In this document: in pieces, positions 38,465-50,707 of the stretch
How the letters are laid out: each line of letters begins with the position of its first letter
How positions within the stretch are numbered: the first letter of the stretch is position 1
Source: Antedon mediterranea
Taxonomy: Eukaryota > Animalia > Echinodermata
Reading direction: 5' to 3'
NCBI RefSeq assembly: GCF_964355755.1
Contig: NC_092673.1
Span: 33,105,648-33,169,647, forward strand
Length of the DNA: 64,000 nt
Made by a program: the position numbers and the translations under genes
The notes under the pieces: generated by a model
What the model saw: the letters and a program-made list of their open reading frames with translations, nothing else
Databases searched by the model: none
What the model was told of the DNA's origin: nothing

Positions 38465-41384
38465 AGTAAACTACGCAATATAATCACTTAATACACAGTT
38501 AAGGTAAACAAATAAGTAATCAATGTTTTACTAATTAAAACAACTCGCATGTAATTCTTAACCTCAATACATTATTCAGCACAAATGTTGTTTTGTTCAA
38601 TGGACATATTTTTTTACTCAATAATATTTAATTAATTGTTGTAATTTTGTACTAATAAATTGGACAAACAAGTGACAACATTATTTTTGTCTTATGTCAT
38701 TGTGTTCTTGTAATACTGTAATATGTATGTTTTGTAATGTCTACTTACAGTATCTGTATAATAATAATAATAATCGCCAACATCATCAAGAAGACGCATT
38801 CGAGGTAGAGTTCACAGTGTTATCACCCGATTAGGTAGGATATGAATCAAGCTGCTGTCCCTTGCAATGCAGTCAACATAGTTCATTGGTCTTCTTCCCT
38901 CTAGACGAACAGGGTAGCCTTAAACAGAATACTATTTATTTGGCAAGTTTATGTACATAATTTACTAGGAGCAAGTAAGAGGCATGAGCCCAAAAAGAAT
39001 AACTGCACCTACTATGTCGAACAAAGGCATGCAAACTGCAAGTATACTTCTCAATATTTTGTTTGGAATGCATGATGTAAATTGTAATTACTGTTCCAGT
39101 TGATTTTGAAAACTTGATAGTTACCTTGATTTGACAACAGCAGCAACAAAGAAAACATTTGACCGGACACTTTAGCTTGTATAAGCCTGTTTACACTGCA
39201 CATTTCTATGTACTATAATGAAAAGTTTTTGTTCAAAATGGCCGTAAATACCACTTTTGACCTTTGACCTTGTTTTTACATAAGGGTCATATCTTGGTAA
39301 CCCCTGGTCATAAAGATTTTATTTTTGTCTTAAATTGTTCAGAATATCCATATTTATATTCGCTTTAATGGAACATATTTTTGAAATTTGACGGGAAATA
39401 TCATTTTTGACCTTTGACATTATTGCATAACGATTTTCGCAATAATTTAGGTTATTTTTGTATTCGACCTATATCTTGACAACGAGTGATCATAGAGGTT
39501 TGATTTTGGTCTTATTTTGTTGAGAATATGCACTTTCCTATGTACTGTAATAAAACATTTTCATACAAAATGACCGGAAATACGACTTTTGACATTTGAC
39601 CTCGTTTTTACATAAGGGTCATATTTCGGTAACCAATGGTCATAACGATTTTATTTTTGTTTTAAATTGTTCGGAGTATCCATATTTATATTAGCTTTAA
39701 TGAAACTTATTTTTGGAAATTTGATGGAAAATATCACTTTTGACCTTTGACATTATTTCCACCCGAGGGTCATATCTCGGTAACCCCTGGTCATAAAGAC
39801 TTTATTTTTGTCATAAATTGTTCAGAATATCCATATTTATATAAGATTTAATGAAACACATTTTTGAAAGTTGGCAGGAAATACAACTTTTGACCTTTTA
39901 CCTTGTTTCCACCCGAGGGTCATATCTCGGTAACCCCTGGTCATAAAGACTTTATTTTTGTCATAAATTGTTCAGAATATCCAGGAATGAGGACCTCAAT
40001 TTTCACAGAATTCTTATATAGTAAGAATGTTTCTGTTTTCAAAATAAAACTATGTATATGTAGGTCTACATAACTACTACTTATTCAAAACCCATTTATC
40101 AAGTTACTGCAATAGATGTTCAGTCATCCTCCACCTCAAATTCAATTTCTTGTTCATCATCTTCATACTCTTTCAACTCCATGGTCGTTTTCTCAACTAG
40201 ATCAATAAGATGGGCTTAAAGAATAGGACTGCATGACCAGACTGTCCTGTCACCATGCCCTTGTAGTTCATTCATACTAGTGTGATATCTTGTTTTAATG
40301 ATTAAATGACAGTTTGGCACGCCCTACATCAGGAAATTTCCAAATAAGAGGAAGTGCCTTCATCTAACCCTCTAAGGTCAAATGTATAGAGGACATATTC
40401 CTGGTCAACTTCATGATATACAAATTTATGTTTCTGTCAAGCCCCTGAGATTAGGACATGGATGGGCTTAAACTTCCTCAAGCTTAATGAAAAGACCGAG
40501 GCGATCATATTTGGAGTGGAGTTGCGTGTTCAATTTAAGATCCTGCTGGTGCTCCGATGCATAAATAGTTGCGCTCTCAAGTACCTCTCAGAATGATCGA
40601 CAATCAATAAGAGAAAGTGAGAACTAAGATCTAGTCATCAGGTACTACTGGACATTCAGAGGCGCAAACATAGTTGGGGAGATCGGACTTTCAGTATTGC
40701 TGGACGCTACAGTAGGTTCTGGAACCGCCTATCTTTGAAAATTAAACAAACATCATTATTGAGCACCTTTAAGTCACTACTCAAAACTCACATTTTCTGA
40801 TATTTTTGGTAGCACCATGAGCAAAGACTGTTGGAATGGCGCTATATCAATCGAATGATTGATTGATTGATTAGTAGCATCTTCTGACCGCTTAGTATTT
40901 ATTGTATTACTGTACTGAATACTCAGTAAAAGGCAGCGCAGATACATTCGGTTAGATGAGCTAGGTACCAATATCTGACTATTTAAGTGTGTTAATTGGA
41001 GGTCACTTGAAGTCAATGTAAATGGAAGTCTGCCGGGTACCCCCTGCTGCGTCTATACCGGGGGACACGAAAGGTGCTAACGAATCGGCACCAATTAGAT
41101 GAGAGAGATACCACCTAATTTCACCACCATGGGATGCCCATTTGCATCCTATATACCAAAATCATATCACCAAACATTTTGTCCTCTGCAATAGGCCCAC
41201 CAGACCCCCCGAGGGAGGGCCTACAAATGGTGATAGCATAGCTGAGTGAGATACCACTCAAAATTAATGCCAAATGAACAAGTTGTGTTCATACAATACT
41301 AAATGGGTAACGACAGACTAATTGTCTGCTGCACCGCAAGTGCCAGACACCCTAAAGTTCGACTAGAGACCCCCCTTCCCACAA

Positions 41385-41732
41385 ATGGTCTAGATTAGAT
41401 ATTGTAGATACCACCAGCAGCCAATGTTATATGATTTAGCACATTGTAAGAAATACCAAATGACCTATTACAGACTATCTGTACACTGCCTTGGCCCTGG
41501 CAGACCCCTCTAAAGTTCGACTAACAACCCCCTTCTCCCAACTAGCCTAGCTTAGATATTGTAGATACCACCAGCAACCAATGTTATATGATTTAGCACA
41601 TTGTAAGGAATACCAAATGACCTCTATTACAAACTATCTGTACTCTGCCTTGGCCCTGGCAGACCCTCTAAAGTTCGACCACAAGTATACCGTGCGTAAC
41701 CTTAGATATTGTAGATACCACCAGCAATCAAT
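41385..41732. repeat. ~160-170-bp degenerate tandem repeat inside the foldback element
   Basis: ttagatattgtagataccaccagca occurs at ~41396, 41552 and 41702; gccttggccctggcagaccc occurs twice. Confidence 0.75.
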
Positions 41733-41739
41733 GCCAACA

Positions 41740-42135
41740 TTAAAAGTCTTTCGGAGATTATGGCCTTGTGAGAAACACTCATCCACTAAATGTAAAAATT
41801 TGGGTCCGATATTGGTCTTTACGTTCTTGCTGTACGGAGGATTGAACCAAATGATGTTTCTGTTTCGGGTTTTCTTTTTGGTTGCTTGTTCAGGTGTAGC
41901 TCATGTTCATATCCATTATTTCTAAGTGCTTCTTGGTACTGAGGTATTGCTGCATTAAACGAATTTTCATCGGATGAGATGTTTGAGAGTCGTTTATTTA
42001 TTGCTATTGGTATATTGCGTAATTGATGGCCGATGATTACTTTCACTGTGTACATAATGGCGTATTGTTTGGTTTGGTGTATATGGGTGGAAGGTACCTG
42101 TCCTCAGATCGAGTGTTATGTCAAGAATACCATCC
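41740..42135 (-). mobile_element. Penelope-like retroelement RT/thumb fragment (frameshifted)
   Basis: ILDITLDLRTGTFHPY...YVHSESNH / IPIAINKRLSNISSDENSFNAAIPQYQEALRNNGY / RNIIWFNPPYSKNVKTNIG spread across shifted frames. Confidence 0.85.
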
Positions 42136-44294
42136 ACGTGTAAAATACAATTATCCCCTTTTCTTTCCCTAAATTTTCCATTATTTAATGAAGAATAGAA
42201 TTTGATTAGAATGTATTTTTGTAGCCGTCTATCAGTACTGTTTCCAAAATAAATTAAGATTATGAAGATGTTGACATTAATTTTGTTATTCTCTCTTCCA
42301 ATTGGACAATAAACACATTCTATTGGATAAATGTTGTTTGCAGACCTAAAAGTAGCCACATTTAATTATGAATAATTATGTAATGAAACGCGTTATCAGA
42401 CTTTTTTTTTATTATTTATCAGATACTTTTTTCTAATTTGAGAATTGTTAAGAATTCTCGCATTATATGTAAATTATATTTAAATAGGGATCAAAGGTAA
42501 AAAATGACATTTATTGTCAGTTTTTGAGGATAAATCCTCATTAGAGTGGATAGCATGTATATTCAAAAGTTTTTTATAAAGTCTGTAATTTTCCCTTTTT
42601 CTTCTCAGCATGTTGTTATTTTATTTACATCTTTTAAATTTATTTTTACTTTAAAACAGAAAAAAATCTTACTGTATGAGAATTCTGTGGAGGGTGTTAA
42701 ATGTGACAATTGATAGTAACATTTATGATCATTGTTTTAAAAAAATATTCATTAGAGTGGATAGAAATATGTATGTTTTGAACAATCTAAGACAAAAAAA
42801 AAATTGTTACCGAGATATGGCCCTCAAGTGAAAATAAGGTCAAAAGTTGTATTTCATTAAATGTTATATAAATATGGATATTCTGAACAATTTATGACAA
42901 AAATAAAGTCTTTATGACCAGGGGTTACCGAGATATGACCCTCGGGTGGAAATAATGTCAAAAGTGATATTTTCCATCAAATTTCAAAAATATGTTTCAT
43001 TAAAGCTAATATAAATATGGATACTCCGAACAATTTAAAACAAAAATAAAATCGTTATGACCATTGGTTACCGAGATATGACCCTTATGTTAAAACGAGG
43101 TCAAAGGTCAAAAATCGTATTTCCGGTCATTTTGTATGAAAATGTTTTATTATAGTACATAGGAAAGTGCATATTCTGAACAATATAAGACCAAAATCAA
43201 ACCTCTATGATCACTCGTTGTCAAGATATAGGTCGAATACAAAAATAACCTAAATTATTGCGAAAATCGTTATGCAATAATGTCAAAGGTCAAAAATGAT
43301 ATTTCCCGTCAAATTTCAAAAATATGTTCCATTAAAGCGAATATAAATATGGATATTCTGAACAATTTAAGACAAAAATAAAATCTTTATGACCAGGGGT
43401 TACCAAGATATGACCCTTATGTAAAAACAAGGTCAAAGGTCAAAAGTGGCATTTACGGCCATTTTGAACAAAAACTTTTCATTATAGTACATAGAAATGT
43501 GCATATTCTGAACAATTTAAGACCAAAATCAGACCTCTACGATCAGTCTTTGTCAAGTACCGTCTATATTTATGATTTTGATAAATCCAAGATGGCCACC
43601 AAAATGGCCCCCAAAAACCCCCATGGGACAATATTTCGTCTTGGGAACATCAAAAAATGTTAATTACATATATTCAGGATTACAAAAATGTACATTAAAA
43701 AAATACATCATGGGGGTGCACGGTAACCCCTCCTTCCTACCCTACTCTGGTCAGAGTTCCTGTTGTACAGTGGCGTGTCGCCATTTGCAGAGCTCGTATA
43801 TTATATATACAAAATTGACAACAATCATAATTACAACAATTTTATTCCAAAAAGAATGAGAGTACATTAACATAGAATTGAAATGTGAATTATTTAATTT
43901 AATTAATATTCACGTAGTCTTCAATTAACATATCCCAACGGTTTGTTTCTTAAATCTAAGTTTCTTAAAAATAAAATGATGAAATTTCGTAACCTCACCA
44001 GTTCATTAAAAATGAAGTGGTGGTATTTAATTCTTAAAGTATCTTAAACTTATACTAAAATAAAACTACTACCTAATTAAAATTAAGCAATTCACCAAAG
44101 AAAAAATGATTATACGCGATTACATTTCCAACAACAAATAGAATATAGAAACAAATTAATCACTCTGCAATATACTAGTGAAGTCTTTCCTACATCTAGA
44201 TTAATGTTTCTTTGTATTATTAAATACATTGTTTTATACATAGTTATTTCAATTACACTTGTGGTAATCGCAAGGTCACATCCATTGTTTATTC

Positions 44295-46190
44295 TTATCT
44301 TTCTTCTAACATTTCATTTACCTCATCCATTTTATCTTTATCCAGCAACCCTCGAGGAACAAAATCTAAAATCAGACTCCAGCTGTCGGGGTATTTTTTA
44401 AGGACAGGGAAGTTATATCGTCCATCAAGTTTCTTTATTTTCGCAGCATTAAGATACTTGCCCAAATCAAAAATAGCTAAAGTGTGCTCTGAAAATGTTA
44501 CTACCTTACGGTTTTTGATATCTTTGAAAGCGGGAAGCTTCTCTATAATTTTTGGCTTAAAGCCAAATTGTTCAGTTACTTTTATTGCATCATACAGAAC
44601 CGAATGATTTGTTCGATTCAGTAGTCCTTTATCAGTTAAAAGACGTAACAGTTCGAGTGTACCGGGAACCGTTTGTAATGCTTCATCCTTTGGAAAATGT
44701 TCTAGTAAGAGAACTTGTAGTCGGTTAAGGAGTTCACGTTGACCATACCACTGCTCAAAGTCCGTAATAAACTTTCTGTAATCATCGTATGAAATTTCTA
44801 TGAATGAGATGAAAAATATAGAAAAAAATAGAATATATTATGTATGAATTTCGGTGTTATATCAAAGTTATAATTATAATTATTTGAGCAAATATTTCCA
44901 GTCACAAAGAGAAGCCACATATGGATCAATGAATGAATGCCATCTATCTATAGGTTGGGACCAGATAAACACGAAAAATAATCATGTTAGTTTTAGGGGA
45001 GTTGAACCATATATAATCAATAATTAATATACATTTTAATTTTAATCAGCAGCAACGAATGTTAGCCAAATGGAAACAAAATTGACATGGAGTTTCGGTA
45101 GAAAGTTTATGTAAATGAAAATGATATGGGCAAGTGACCTTAAAACAAAAACGTTTGAATTCGCCTTTGATATCTTGATTTGCAAAACTGAGGATCTTAT
45201 ATTATGTTTAATGACTGATTAACATGTAATTAATTGTGTGTTGATGTTTTGATAAATCAAAGTCCATAATTAATGTCACGATAAAAATAAAATTACTATA
45301 AATAATAATTTAATAGTTAAAATTAATAATTTAATTAAACGTACATATTTAAACAAGTAATGTAATTGTCTTGTATAACATTTGTCCTGTTTATACATGC
45401 TATGGTTACCTGTATTAGTGTATGTAGCTAGTACCGAATTTATTTCACTTTTTCAGTCATGGGTTAAAAGAGCGTCTCAATGGTTAATATTACATATTGC
45501 ATAAAAACATCGTATTTTCTCCACTGTTTGTCAAATGTGTTGCATTTTTGCTCGTAAACAATGTAAAATTCTATTAAATTGTATATTCTGAACAATTTAA
45601 CACTGACATGTTTTGGACAATTAATTGACATACTTACCGAGATATAGACATTCGATCTTCTGTATGTCAGTGTTATCAAACTGCTTATTAGCGCACAAGT
45701 CAATCTCCTGTTTGTCAACTCCTAATTCTTGCAGGATTTTTGACAATTTACTCCATTCAGTCGTGAAGTCATCTTGAGTCATACGGGAGGAATACGAGTG
45801 TGCGAAATTGTTTCTGAATATAGTGAGGAGAATAATGTTCGCTAATTTTGGATCACCAGGCGTAGTCTTACCTGTCCAGTCAGATTTGTTGATACCTTTA
45901 CCTTCAAATGAATGCTTTATCAACGTAAATAATAAACTAATATCAAGCTTGTTTATATCAGCTCCTCCTTTTGGGAATAACGATTCGGATTGGTCCTGAA
46001 ATACTCTTAGCTTCTGTCTACAGGTCTCTTCATTTACAAACTTTTCCACTACATAATTGTTAAATTCTTCCGGTTCTAGGCCACCAGCTGCTTTAAGGAA
46101 AAAACTTCTCATTGCCTTTGTACCTTCCTCGTGTAGCAAATAAGAAATTCGGAAAAAGTAGATGTTTTCTTTATCATAATGACTTGCCAT
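44295..46190 (-). CDS. DZIP3-like HEPN domain fused to a tandem death-effector-like domain (HEPN-tDED), ~350 aa
   Basis: Exon 46190-45638 (EGTKAMR, LFP, LDISLLFTLIK, IFRNNFAH, DFTTEWSKLSKILQELG; phase-1 donor) joins a phase-1 terminal exon 44797-44295 that the ORF track misses (ISYDDYRKFITDFEQWY...LNRLQVLL...LELLRLLTDKGLLNRTNHSVLYDAI...DSWSLILDFVPRGLLDKDKMDEVNEMLEER*). Neither exon has a stop or frameshift. A small linker exon near 45500-45570 is possible. Confidence 0.8.
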
Positions 46191-46819
46191 GATTTCAGTT
46201 TCAAGCCGCTAACCACTTAGGAATCTGTTGATTAATATGAAATACTAGTAATATTTCGTAGCTAGTAGTAGGGAAATAGATTAACAAATAAAAAGATGTG
46301 CATGATCATTGATCAGGAAGGATCAACAACCAGGTCTATATAAATATGTTATGATCTTCTGTTTCATACTCAACACAATCATCCCTGTGGCAATGCACAT
46401 TGGAGAATTAAAAAGAAGGAAACCATCTTGTGGTCGACAATGCAGTTTTCGTCATCATCGTAGGATTTTCAAAATGAGTTTTTTTACCTTTATCTACAAT
46501 TCATTATAATAGGAAGATGGGCAAACATCTCCAGTTGGTCAAAATAATATTTAAGTTTTTTTGGTCAAAAACAAAGGCCATATACCTCAACCAGATTATA
46601 TAAATATACAGTATTTACAATTTGCATAGAATAGACAATCAAACACGTTGTTAGTCCTGCATTTATCTTTGCTGTTTAGAGTGCCATTCACGGTGCTATT
46701 TTAAATATACTGTATAGGGTGAGTCATAGTAAAATATACACATTATTCAATATAATAATAGAAAGGTGCCCATTCCAATCTCTCCTTTTTGGCCTTGCTT
46801 TCTATCTCAATTAATTATC

Positions 46820-48640
46820 ACAGGGACTGAAATTACCACTATTTCGTGGTTATCGTTTCTAAATCAAAACCTGAAATTCCATATCCGGACAAAGAGCAAT
46901 TTTAGTAGGCCATATACCTGATCTTTCGATCTTATTTCCTCTTCCCGAAAAGCAAAAATTGTGATCTTAATCCTCGAATATAATCAACAAGTCAAATACT
47001 AGATTCTCGTTAATATTAACACTTACCAAATCACTTGGTGGTCTTCACCTAAATAAAGGACGTGATAAACAAATATATTAGGGTCAGCTACCAGTTTCAC
47101 TCAAACACAACCAATATGGCGCTTGATCGATATATAGGTGTGACTCAATCCATTGACTATTATATGCAACGCAGCGAATGTAAGGCTATAAATGGAACAT
47201 TACGTTATATTAAAATTTCCAATTCATATTCAAAATTCTTTTCAAGTGATACGCAATGAACTTTCTTTCTTCCCAAGTTTGCTTTGTATTATATGCATTG
47301 TGTTTTGTTCTTTGCAGTTCTTTAAAACGTTAAAAGCAGTACTTGGTACTCAGCCAACATAAATAATAAGCGCTTCACATTATTACCCCGGTCATTTTTA
47401 TCAAACACGAATGGGAACATACTGTATAGGGCCTACTCCCATAATGCAGCTAGTTGATCTAACAACCGGGTACCCATTTTATACACCTTGGACGGAGAGA
47501 GGAAACGTAAATAAAGTGTCTTGCATACGAATACAAGCAATGCGGTGAGAGTTGGATTCGACACACTGCATCACACGTCCTTACCATATTATATAGATAT
47601 TATGTATCTGATGTTACACAATTGTTTATGATAATATTGCGTAGCGTAAACTACGCGTGATTTTGTGCAATTATAACAAGAAATGTTTAGGCCTATATCA
47701 TGTTAAAGTATACTTCATATCAAGCGTCAATTTCTTATATCATAATTCTGGCGTAGTGTACACTACAATAATTTAAAGTCGGTTACGTGCGAAACTGGTC
47801 AAAATCAATTTCTAATCAATTTAAAGTACAGGTGTATCGCGCAATTACTTTTTGTTCTTCATACCCTAAATGTGAAATAATATTAGAAATACACGTCAAA
47901 CAGAGGCTTTCACAATTATAAATATAATTTTAATGTTAATACACTTATTTCAAATCCACTATAGGCATGCTCCTCAGAATAAATCGTTACCCCTTCTTTT
48001 TTATGTATGGATGGTATGAGTTCTAGATGAATTTAGGAATAATTTTGGCCCATCAAATGTCGAGAGGTCATCGTGACCATCTAAATTGTATAAAGTTGAA
48101 TTTTCATCTCTTTCGTTAGGCCTGTAGTTTAGCATATTCATTCACTATTGCAAAATTCTTTTTTTTCTGTTTAACATGCTATTGTATTAAATACTGATAT
48201 GTATGTTTTTGTATCCTCACAGGCCAATTCAATGAGTTCCAACAGAATAACTGCTTTTTCGTCAAACAAAGGCATACAAGCCGTAAGTATAAATGTCAAT
48301 ATTTTGTTTGCAGCATGATGTAAATTGTAAAACTGCTGTTCATATTCAGTTTGAAAACTTGCACTGTTTTTTAGTTTAGTTATCGATTTGACGCGGACAG
48401 CAGCAACAGAGAAATTATTCTACCGGAATCTCTATTTTGCGGTTACGACGAATCAAACAAAGAGTGTTATACCTGGAAATTGTGTGTATTACCAGGGACG
48501 AGTTTTCACTCTGGTATTACACGCTCAGTTGGATGTGGTACAAGCTGCGCGTCACCAATTCCAAAGTGTATATAATATACGACATAATAGACAACCATCA
48601 TAACTACATAACATTTATTTCCAAAAAGAGTACACAAAAA
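46820..48640. repeat. Duplicated intergenic module (promoter, non-coding exon and downstream flank) between the immune genes
   Basis: Homologous blocks (atccggacaaagag, acttaccaaatcact, ccaatatggcgctt, tttgttcttcataccct, aaggcatacaa, acatttatt) at 46820-48640, 53880-54390 plus 56400-56940, and 57940-59630; partial copy at 38990-39190 plus 43745-43860. Confidence 0.85.
47021..47150 (-). promoter_or_regulatory. Putative promoter and non-coding first exon of the HEPN-tDED gene
   Basis: Minus-strand donor gatttg|gtaagt at ~47027 pairs with the acceptor at 46224 just before the ATG. ccaatatggcgc and the AP-1 consensus TGACTCA (47141-47147) are conserved in the paralogous copy at 54077-54193; the copy at 58161-58278 has TGACTAA. 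Confidence 0.5.
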
Positions 48641-49046
48641 ATAAAAATGAATTAAAATGTTAAATTATATTCATCTGGTTTTTAAGTGATATTTCCGAAG
48701 GGTTTTTAAGTTTTAAACCAAGTTGATAAAATGTAAAATGACATTTTGTAAACTCACTAGTTCACATTCGCAAATGAAGTTGTGGAATTTCAGTCCTAAT
48801 CTACTAAAATTAATTAAAATTAGGAAATAATTACACAACTATACAATTCATTCACAAAGAAATGATGATAAAAATAGAAAAAAAAGTAGTTGCTTTAAAT
48901 CAGCTGCAAAGGCCAGCTTGTAAATATTAGTGTTTCTTAAATAACTATATTTTTTTATTGAATAATAGGTATTTTTTTATTATTACATTACATTGCTTTA
49001 TACCTAGCTATATCAATTACACTAATGGTAACCGCGAGGTTTATTC

Positions 49047-50707
49047 TTATCTTCCCAACAGTGCCTTAACCTCACCTATTTTGTCTTTATTCAGCAAACC
49101 TCGAGGAACAAAATCTAAAATCAGATCCCAACTGTCTGTATACCTCTTTAGGACAGGGTAGTTGTATCGTTGATCAAGAGTTTTGATTTTAGGGTCACTA
49201 AGACTTTTTCCCAGATTATACATCTCTATTGTGTGTGGTGAAAATGTTGTTACCTTACGGTTCTCGATATCCTTAAAAGCAGGAAGCTTTTCTGTGATTG
49301 TAGACTCAAAGCCAAATTGTCTAGTTATTTTTAGTGTGTCATACAAAAGAGAAAGGTTTGTTCGACTTATTAACCCACAACCATCTAAAAGAGCTAACAG
49401 CTCGGTTGTACTTGTAACCCTTTTCAACTCTTCAACGTCGTCTATCATTTCTATAAATAGAACTTGTAGTCTGTTAAAGAGTTTGCGTTCATCGTAATAT
49501 TGTGCAAAATCCAAAATGAGCAGGTTAAAGTCATCCTTCGAAATATCTATAAGGAAGAAAAGCAAGTTTCCAATGATATTTAATGAAGTCAGTATAATTA
49601 GCATTGTTTTCTTTCTGCTTTGCAGATCCAAAAATGTTAGCGAGCGTCCACCAACTTCTTTGTCATTATCATATCTTCTCATCATCCTGCCAATAATCTT
49701 ATTAAAATCTTTTTCTAACTTACTTTCACTTGGTTGGCTCTGATGATTCAATGACGTGCCATCTTTTTCATCCGCTTCTCTGTTAGCTAAAGAGATCAAA
49801 GTGAGAGTCTTATTGTCAAAAATATTAACTTTGACACTAAAAATATGTTGTACCGGTAATACTGTATGGTATAACAGGTCAGAAACCGTGGCCATATTTA
49901 CATATTTACAGTGAAGTACATATTTCTAGCCACACAGAACTAACTGATGACATCACCAGATCATTTTACCATTGTACTTAAAGAACTGCGGATCACCTAA
50001 TTTGTGATCATCTAAGAAAATGCCCTAAATTTACATACTGTCAAGCTATGATTGAAATAAAAATTATCAAAACATGATTGTTCAATAAATATTTAAAGAT
50101 GTATTTTCCTCCTGAAAAATATTTTTTACTTGTTTTTTTTGTTTGTTGCTTGTAAATTAACATCGAAATTACATACCATTATCAAGTAGTATGTTTTTTG
50201 GTGTTTTTCCAAGACGATTTGCAAACCTTCTTATTTTTTCTGGATCATCTGCTAATTTTTCCTCACTCTCCAGATATAGTACTGCATCCCATACATTTGG
50301 AAAGTCATATTTTGCCAATTCATAGTAAGCAGTAACTTTTCTGAATGAATCTTGGTCAATGTCTAAAATAGCTTTAAACAGCCGCTTCCGATATTTTGAC
50401 AACGTTAGTTCATTACTTTGCTGAACATTGTTGTCTCTCACATACTTTGATACAAGATCAATAGCTTTCTTGATTTCTGATAGCATGTAATCTCTAACAG
50501 CAAGTTAACATTGGTTGATGAGATTAAACCTTTTTCTTCAAGTGAATTGAGTAAGTCATTTCCATTGAAGCTTGGATTTTTAAGGACACCAATTTGTAAT
50601 AAATCAAATAGTAGGAACCGTATCCATAGGTATCTTTTACCGTCAAAGCACTCACTGAGATCAGCTTTTAGGTCTTTAAAATGTTCATCAGTTTTAGAAT
50701 CTGCCAT
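49047..50707 (-). pseudogene. Gene with two tandem-DED-like blocks (tDED-linker-tDED), interrupted by a frameshift
   Basis: Exons 50718-50177 (ATG 50707; DLLNSLEEKGLISSTNVNLLLEI...LSKYRKRLF...NVWDAVLYLE), 49786-49724 and 49546-49047 (close paralogue of 44797-44295), all phase 1, plus an upstream exon 51728-51648. The frame shifts at ~50486 (ATT ACA|TG CTA); this could be real or an assembly error. Confidence 0.7.

Larger units (their letters stand above)
39197..43744. mobile_element. Foldback-type DNA transposon with ~700-800-bp modular inverted arms; outer left end deleted
   Basis: 39197-39982 is the reverse complement of ~42800-43503. The arms are built of ~140-180-bp subrepeats (ttttgacctttgac, catatctcggtaacccctggtcataaaga, tgttcagaatatcc). 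The right arm continues to ~43744, where homology to the uninterrupted module copy (~48508) resumes. Confidence 0.85.
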
